NCBI GenBank assembly: GCA_041649115.1
Contig: JBAZNT010000010.1
Span: 3,979-67,978 of the forward strand
Source of the DNA: Candidatus Omnitrophota bacterium
Lineage (GTDB): Bacteria; Omnitrophota; Gorgyraeia; Gygaellales; Profunditerraquicolaceae
Direction of reading: 5' to 3'
Length of the DNA: 64,000 bases
The notes under the pieces were generated by a model that saw only the letters and a program-made list of their open reading frames with translations, was not told the origin of the DNA and made no database searches. Shown one piece after another: positions 59,089 through 64,000 of the stretch. The stretch's first letter is position 1, and the number at the start of each line of letters is the position of its first letter. The position numbers were made by a program, and so were the translations under genes.

Positions 59089-60834
59089 ATGGTTAAGGCC
59101 AGGATTAACGGGATAGCCGTTGCGGTAGAAGAGGGGTCGACAATACTGGAAGCCGCCAGAAAGGTGCAGGTGAAGATCCCCACCCTCTGCAAGCACCCGG
59201 ATCTGGTTTCTTCGGCGTCCTGCGGGATATGCATCGTTAAAATAAAAGGGACCTCTAAGATGCTGCGCGCCTGTTGCACTCCCCTGGAAGAGGGCATGGA
59301 TATTGTTACCCATGACCCGGAAATAGTCTCTATCCGCAAGACCGTGCTGGAGCTTATCCTTTCCAACCATCCCAACGACTGCTTAAAGTGCGGCCGCAAC
59401 AATAACTGCGAATTACAGACTCTTTTTGCCGATTTCGGCATACGCGAGGAGGTATTTACCAAATCCCTGCGCGAGCTCCCGGTGGACAATTCCACCGGAA
59501 CCATAGTGCTGGACCCTTCAAAATGCATCCTCTGCGGAAGGTGCGTGAAGGTCTGCCAGGAGATGCAGGATGTCTGGGCCCTTTCCTTCCTGGAGCGCGG
59601 CTACGGTACCAGGATCTCTGCCGCAGGCGACATCAAATTGGCTGATTCACCCTGTATCCGCTGCGGCCAATGCTCAAATCACTGTCCTACCGGAGCTATC
59701 GTTGAACTGGACCAGACTGCCAAGGTATGGGAGGAGCTCCTGAATCCCAAGAAATATTGCGTGGTGCAGATTGCCCCTGCGGTCAGGGTGGCAATAGGTG
59801 AGGCTTTTGGTTTTCCCATCGGCGCAAACCTTACCAAGAAACTCTACGCCATGCTGCGCCGCCTGGGGTTTGAGGCGGTCTTTGACACCAATTTCGGGGC
59901 GGATGTTACGATTATGGAGGAGGCCAGCGAGTTCGTGGAGAGGTTTGCGCACGGCAAGGGACCGTTGCCGCTTATTACTACCTGTTGCCCTTCCTGGGTG
60001 GATTTTATGGAGAAGTTCCATCCGGACATGATCGAGCATTTTTCATCCTGTAAATCCCCGCACCAGATCGTCGGGGTGCTCACCAAGACCTATTATGCCC
60101 AGAAGAACAACATTGACCCTAAAGATATCGTGGTGGTTTCGGTTATGCCATGCACCGCCAAGAAATACGAGATTAAACGCTGTGAGGAGATGTATGCCTC
60201 GGGGTCTCAGGATGTGGACGTCTCTCTTACTACCCGCGAGTTGGCGCGTATGATTAAACAGGCGGGGATAGATTTCAATAATCTCCCGGAGGAGGAACCG
60301 GACCATATCCTGGGGGATTATACCGGCGCCGGGGTTATTTTCGGCGCGACCGGCGGGGTAATGGAGGCAGCTCTTCGGACCGCGCACCATCTGGTAACCG
60401 GCAAGAACTTAAAGAAGATTGATTTTGAGGATTTACGCGGCCTGGATGGGGTCAAGGAAACAGAGCTGACCATTGAAGGAAAGACAATAAAGGTGGCGAT
60501 TGCCCATGGTTTAAATAACGTAGAGTACGTCTTAAATAAGATCCGTCAGGCCAAGAAGGATAACCTCACCTTGCCGTATCATTTTGTAGAGGTGATGGCC
60601 TGTCTCGGAGGGTGCGTGGGGGGAGGCGGCCAGCCTTACGGGGTTACCGATGAATTACGCCGCAAGAGGGCGGAGGGGTTGTATCAGGATGACCGCGAAA
60701 AGAAAATCCGCTATTCCCACGATAATCCTTATGTCAAGAAGCTCTATCAGGAATTCCTGGGGGAGCCTTTAGGCCCGAAGTCCGAACAGTTGCTTCATAC
60801 GCATTACCGCAGCCTGCCGCTTTACAGTAAGTAG
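59089..60834 (+). CDS. hydA: [FeFe]-hydrogenase catalytic subunit (HydA, group A3 bifurcating-type architecture)
   Basis: An N-terminal 2Fe-2S plus His-ligated cluster and 2x[4Fe-4S] are present. The H-cluster motifs are TTCCPSW, MPCTAKKYE and EVMACLGGCVGGGGQP. Confidence 0.95.
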   Translation: MVKARINGIAVAVEEGSTILEAARKVQVKIPTLCKHPDLVSSASCGICIVKIKGTSKMLRACCTPLEEGMDIVTHDPEIVSIRKTVLELILSNHPNDCLKCGRNNNCELQTLFADFGIREEVFTKSLRELPVDNSTGTIVLDPSKCILCGRCVKVCQEMQDVWALSFLERGYGTRISAAGDIKLADSPCIRCGQCSNHCPTGAIVELDQTAKVWEELLNPKKYCVVQIAPAVRVAIGEAFGFPIGANLTKKLYAMLRRLGFEAVFDTNFGADVTIMEEASEFVERFAHGKGPLPLITTCCPSWVDFMEKFHPDMIEHFSSCKSPHQIVGVLTKTYYAQKNNIDPKDIVVVSVMPCTAKKYEIKRCEEMYASGSQDVDVSLTTRELARMIKQAGIDFNNLPEEEPDHILGDYTGAGVIFGATGGVMEAALRTAHHLVTGKNLKKIDFEDLRGLDGVKETELTIEGKTIKVAIAHGLNNVEYVLNKIRQAKKDNLTLPYHFVEVMACLGGCVGGGGQPYGVTDELRRKRAEGLYQDDREKKIRYSHDNPYVKKLYQEFLGEPLGPKSEQLLHTHYRSLPLYSK

Positions 60835-60915
60835 CGTCATGACCGCTTTTTTTAGGTTTTGTCCTGTGGCGAGGAAGAGATTCTGAAGCCGAGGGGAAAG
60901 AGCACCAATTCTTTA

Positions 60916-60971
60916 CCCAACCCTTAAGCGCAGGCATAAACCTTGCGCGTGACGGTTGGGATTTTTATTTT
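60916..60971 (+). terminator. Rho-independent terminator downstream of hydA
   Basis: The outer stem pairs CCCAACC with GGTTGGG. An inner GCGCAGG/CCTTGCGC stem lies within it. ATTTTTATTTT follows. Confidence 0.65.
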
Positions 60972-60989
60972 ATAGCAAAGGAGACAGGC

Positions 60990-61241
60990 ATGCAGAAACG
61001 TTTGGGGTTCGTAGGCATTATCGTTGAAAACAGAAAGGAACAGGCGGCTTCGGTCAACGCCGTACTCTCGGCGTTCGGGGATATTGTTGTCGGCCGCATG
61101 GGCATACCCTACCATGAGAGGGACTGCAGCGTGATCGCATTGATTGTAGACGCCGATACCGATATCGTGGGGGCGCTCACCGGCAAGCTGGGCAAGATCC
61201 CCGGGGTTTCGGTGAAGTCCGCCTTGAGCAGGGAGAAATAA
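60990..61241 (+). CDS. TM1266-family small ACT-like protein (putative iron-only hydrogenase system regulator)
   Basis: 83 aa. The pattern is GIIVENRKE...VVGRMGIPY...VIALIVDA. Its position between hydA and hydG is typical. Confidence 0.75.
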   Translation: MQKRLGFVGIIVENRKEQAASVNAVLSAFGDIVVGRMGIPYHERDCSVIALIVDADTDIVGALTGKLGKIPGVSVKSALSREK

Positions 61242-61248
61242 GTATCAA

Positions 61249-62643
61249 ATGAAATTTATAGACGAAGCTAAGATTTTTGAGATTATGGCAGATTCCGGCA
61301 AGGCGGACAGCCTTAAGGTGGAGGGGATCCTGAAAAAAAGCAGGTCTCTGGAGCGCCTGAGCCTTGAAGAATCTGCGGTATTGCTGGCTGTCCGGGACGA
61401 GAGAGTCCTAGAGAAGATATTCGCAGCCGCCAGTTATGTCAAGGATGCCGTCTATGGCAAGAGGGTAGTGTTATTCGCGCCGCTTTATATCAGCAACCTC
61501 TGTTCCAACAACTGCGTTTACTGCGCCTTTAAATCCGACAACGCCGCCTTGGAAAGGAAGGCCTTGGGCCAGGATGAAATCCGCCAACAGGTGCAGTGGC
61601 TCTTGCGGCGCGGACACAAGCGCATCCTGTTAGTGAGCGGGGAGGCCTCTGTGGGCTCTGGCCTGGCGCCGATAGATTACTATATAGAGTCTATCAATAG
61701 CGTTTATTCCGTGCGCTGGGGGGCGCATCGTATCAAGAGGGTCAATATTAACTGCGCGCCTTTATCGGTAGAGGAATTCGGAAGGCTAAAATCTTCCGGC
61801 ATCGGGACATTCCAGATATTCCAGGAGACGTATCACGATGCTACTTACCGCACCCTTCATCCTGAAGGGCCGAAATCCGATCCTGATAACCGCATTGATT
61901 CCGTGGATCGCGCCTTCCTGGCAGGAATAGATGATGTTGGAATAGGCGTTCTTTACGGGCTCTACGATTGGCGCTTTGATACCCTCGCTCTTCTCTCGCA
62001 TATTGAGCACCTGGAGGGGCGTTTTAACGTCGGACCGCATACGATTTCCGTGCCGCGCATCGAGCCGGCAGTGGGAGTAGAGTTCACCAGGCATCTTAAG
62101 TACGGGGTGAGTGATGCGGATTTTAAGAAGTTGGTTGCAGTGCTCCGGCTGAGCGTACCTTACGCCGGAATGATCCTTTCTACCCGTGAGACCGCCGAGA
62201 TGCGCAATGAGCTTTTTGGCCTGGGGATATCGCAGGTGAGCGCTGAGTCGCGCACCTCCCCCGGGGGGTATTCATCCGAAGACAATAACTTGAGCCGCGA
62301 TACCCAGTTTTGCCTGGGTGACCAGCGCAGCATCGATGAGGTGATAGGGATGTTGATAGAACAGGGGTTTATCCCCAGCTTCTGCGCGGCCTGTTACCGC
62401 AAGGAGCGTACCGGAGAGGCTTTTATGAATCTCGCCCGGCCAGGCACCATCAAAGGAAAATGCAAGATGAATGCCCTGATAACCTTAAAAGAATACCTGG
62501 ATGATTTTGCCTCCCCCCAGGTTAAATCATCGGGCTACCGGCTTATTGAGCGCTTCAGGCAGGGCCTCGATATCAGGGAGCAGAGGTCTCTAGAGAGGTT
62601 TTTCCAGGATATAGAATCGGGGATAAGGGATGAGTTTATCTAA
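61249..62643 (+). CDS. hydG: [FeFe]-hydrogenase maturase HydG (radical SAM tyrosine lyase)
   Basis: 464 aa. The radical-SAM motif is CSNNCVYC. The C-terminal Cys motif (FCAACYRKERTG region) is typical of HydG. Confidence 0.92.
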   Translation: MKFIDEAKIFEIMADSGKADSLKVEGILKKSRSLERLSLEESAVLLAVRDERVLEKIFAAASYVKDAVYGKRVVLFAPLYISNLCSNNCVYCAFKSDNAALERKALGQDEIRQQVQWLLRRGHKRILLVSGEASVGSGLAPIDYYIESINSVYSVRWGAHRIKRVNINCAPLSVEEFGRLKSSGIGTFQIFQETYHDATYRTLHPEGPKSDPDNRIDSVDRAFLAGIDDVGIGVLYGLYDWRFDTLALLSHIEHLEGRFNVGPHTISVPRIEPAVGVEFTRHLKYGVSDADFKKLVAVLRLSVPYAGMILSTRETAEMRNELFGLGISQVSAESRTSPGGYSSEDNNLSRDTQFCLGDQRSIDEVIGMLIEQGFIPSFCAACYRKERTGEAFMNLARPGTIKGKCKMNALITLKEYLDDFASPQVKSSGYRLIERFRQGLDIREQRSLERFFQDIESGIRDEFI

Positions 62644-63700
62644 AGTAAAGTCGTTATTAAAGGGGCTTTACGCCAGCGCGTCCCCCCAAGCCAGGGATTT
62701 GGAGTTCCTCTTGGGGTTAGACGGCCATCTTGCGCAAAGGGAGATTTTTGAATTTGCAGACGGGGTAAGGAGGGCGTCTGTGGGTGAGGGGATATTTCTA
62801 AGGGGGGTTATAGAATTTTCCAACTTCTGCCGTAACCGCTGTTTTTATTGCGGCCTGCATTCCGGCAACGGCAGGCTCATCCGTTACCGCCTGTCACAGG
62901 AAAAGATTTTAAACAGCGTATCTCATATCGCCGAATCAGGCATAAAGACCGTAGTGTTGCAGTCCGGAGACGACCCCGGCATGGCACGGGAATGGCTTTC
63001 GGATATCATCAGGGATATAAAAATGCGTCTTGATATCGCGGTAACGCTTTCAGTGGGGGAGAGGGATTACCAGGATTATAAAGCCTGGAGGCAGGCAGGC
63101 GCCGACCGCTACCTGCTTAAGATTGAAACCTCCGACCCCGCACTCTATTCCTCCCTGCATTACGGTATGGATTTTAAGCGCAGGTTAGAGTGCCTGCGGG
63201 ATTTAAAGGAGCTCGGTTATCAGACCGGAAGCGGTAATATCATCGGCTTAAAAGGCCAGACCCTGGAAAGCATTGCCGGCGACATCGCATTTTTTAAAAA
63301 AGAAGGGTTCGAGATGCTGGGCATAGGGCCTTTTATCCCCCATAGCGAGACTCCGCTGGCAGGTCAGCAGAAAGGCGAGGCAGGATTGACCCTAAGGGCA
63401 GTCGCCTTGACGCGCATCGTTTTAAAATCCGCAAACATTCCTGCCACTACTGCTTTAGGCGTCCATGATGCCGATTACCGCGCCAGGGCCTTAAGATGCG
63501 GGGCAAATGTTTTAATGGTAAATTTTACTCCCCGAGAGTACCGCGGGTTGTATCAGATTTATCCCGGCAAAGGGTATCTCGAAGGCGCTTCTGAGGGGTG
63601 GCTTTCGGGAGCATCGAAAATTACGCATGATTCAGGAAGGTTTATAGATTATTCGCGCGGAGATGCCGCCTTAAACAGAGGAGAACCCGAATATGTATAA
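62630..63700 (+). CDS. hydE: [FeFe]-hydrogenase maturase HydE (radical SAM)
   Basis: 356 aa. The motif CRNRCFYCGL is present and the fold is BioB-like. The gene overlaps the hydG 3' end. Confidence 0.9.
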   Translation: MSLSKVKSLLKGLYASASPQARDLEFLLGLDGHLAQREIFEFADGVRRASVGEGIFLRGVIEFSNFCRNRCFYCGLHSGNGRLIRYRLSQEKILNSVSHIAESGIKTVVLQSGDDPGMAREWLSDIIRDIKMRLDIAVTLSVGERDYQDYKAWRQAGADRYLLKIETSDPALYSSLHYGMDFKRRLECLRDLKELGYQTGSGNIIGLKGQTLESIAGDIAFFKKEGFEMLGIGPFIPHSETPLAGQQKGEAGLTLRAVALTRIVLKSANIPATTALGVHDADYRARALRCGANVLMVNFTPREYRGLYQIYPGKGYLEGASEGWLSGASKITHDSGRFIDYSRGDAALNRGEPEYV

Positions 63701-64000
63701 AACACCCGCAAGCAACAGGCTGCATATCGGTATTTTTGGAAAACGCAATACCGGCAAATCAAGCCTTATCAACGCTATCACCGGCCAGGAACTGGCGATC
63801 GTGTCAGAGTTTGCCGGCACCACCACCGACCCCGTATATAAGGCGATGGAGATACTGCCGATCGGGCCATGCATGCTTATCGATACTGCCGGTATTGATG
63901 ACGAGGGTATCCTGGGAGAGGAGAGGGTCAAGAAGACCCGCAAGGTCCTGCGTAAGACCGACGTCGGCATAATCGTAGTTGAGCCCGATACCGTTATTGA
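63693..64000 (+). CDS. hydF: [FeFe]-hydrogenase maturase GTPase HydF (5' part; runs off the window)
   Basis: ATG 63693 overlaps the hydE 3' end. The translation is MYKTPASNRLHIGIFGKRNTGKSSLINAITGQ...TTTDP...DTAG (G1-G3 motifs). It is not in the ORF track because it has no stop in the window. Confidence 0.88.
   Translation, partial: MYKTPASNRLHIGIFGKRNTGKSSLINAITGQELAIVSEFAGTTTDPVYKAMEILPIGPCMLIDTAGIDDEGILGEERVKKTRKVLRKTDVGIIVVEPDTVI

Noticed and set aside
60835-60915. A small ORF (MTAFFRFCPVARKRF) and the GTCATGAC palindrome right after hydA.
   Set aside because: There is no SD. The palindrome plus T7 run is more simply a weak first terminator (AGCG-loop-CGCT followed by TTTTTTT) ahead of the stronger one at 60916-60971.
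1-64000. tRNA, rRNA, tmRNA, RNase P, mobile elements, integrases, toxin-antitoxin pairs, restriction-modification systems or other defence systems.
   Set aside because: No intergenic region has tRNA-like T-arm or anticodon-arm features. No ORF shows transposase, integrase, methyltransferase, toxin or known defence-system motifs. The window reads as core chromosome.

Overview
The window is a 64-kb bacterial chromosome segment of about 50% GC by eye. It is tightly packed, and every gene I can support lies on the + strand except one, a CDF transporter at 8879-9772. I found no rRNA, tRNA, CRISPR array, transposase, integrase or phage gene. The gene content points to a strictly anaerobic diderm. 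Outer-membrane and LPS functions are present (Lnt, an LpxL-family acyltransferase, HldD, an OprB-type porin, a TonB-dependent receptor, a CsgG-like lipoprotein). So are anaerobe or 'archaeal-type' functions (electron-bifurcating-type [FeFe] hydrogenase with HydEFG maturases, hybrid cluster protein, flavodiiron protein, COG1900/NIL-ferredoxin homocysteine pathway). An uncultivated lineage is a guess only and cannot be established from this window.

The window divides into seven blocks:
- 1-13 kb: envelope, secretion and housekeeping genes (GT2, pilT, prfB with its programmed +1 frameshift, secA, lnt, M23 peptidase, PIG-L lipoprotein, lipid A acyltransferase).
- 13-19 kb: transporters (bioY, a CBS protein plus two tandem ArsB/NhaD-type permeases) and a STAS-PilZ fusion.
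- 19.8-34.6 kb: a metal block. It holds nikR with a textbook operator, a porin, nikMN, then hldD, hypA, gcvT-H-PA-PB, a lipoate ligase-like gene and lipA, then nikQO, a ZIP transporter and feoAB.
- 34.6-37.9 kb: PP-loop and radical-SAM genes, pncA and thiE.
- 37.9-46.1 kb: an O2/NO-stress island (Rrf2 regulator, hcp, FNR-like reductase, VIT1, Tpx-PCD fusion, flavodiiron protein, rubredoxin, PNPOx-like, erythrin-like, glutaredoxin-like, thioredoxin reductase).
- 46.2-49.9 kb: a sulfur and cofactor block (nfu, COG1900, NIL-ferredoxin, larE-like, birA).
- 50-64 kb: TonB receptor, nadA, housekeeping genes and the hydC-hydD-hydB-hydA / TM1266-like / hydG-hydE-hydF cluster.

The most unusual signal is non-coding. 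The 375-nt gap between the flavodiiron gene and an untracked rubredoxin gene holds a phased array of four bulged hairpins. The units carry compensatory base changes and have GGA-type loops. The array is followed by a 21-codon Cys/Lys-rich micro-ORF with a perfect Shine-Dalgarno sequence. Other points worth follow-up:
- Two further strongly signalled micro-ORFs. One resembles ribosomal protein bTHX. The other is an upstream ORF (uORF) in the Rrf2/hcp leader.
- Unusual domain fusions (Tpx-PCD, STAS-PilZ).
- A split Ni-ECF transporter operon with a His-rich ATPase tail.
- An nfu / COG1900 / NIL-ferredoxin / LarE-like gene string.

All functional calls rest on my reading of motifs in the supplied translations. 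No database search was run.
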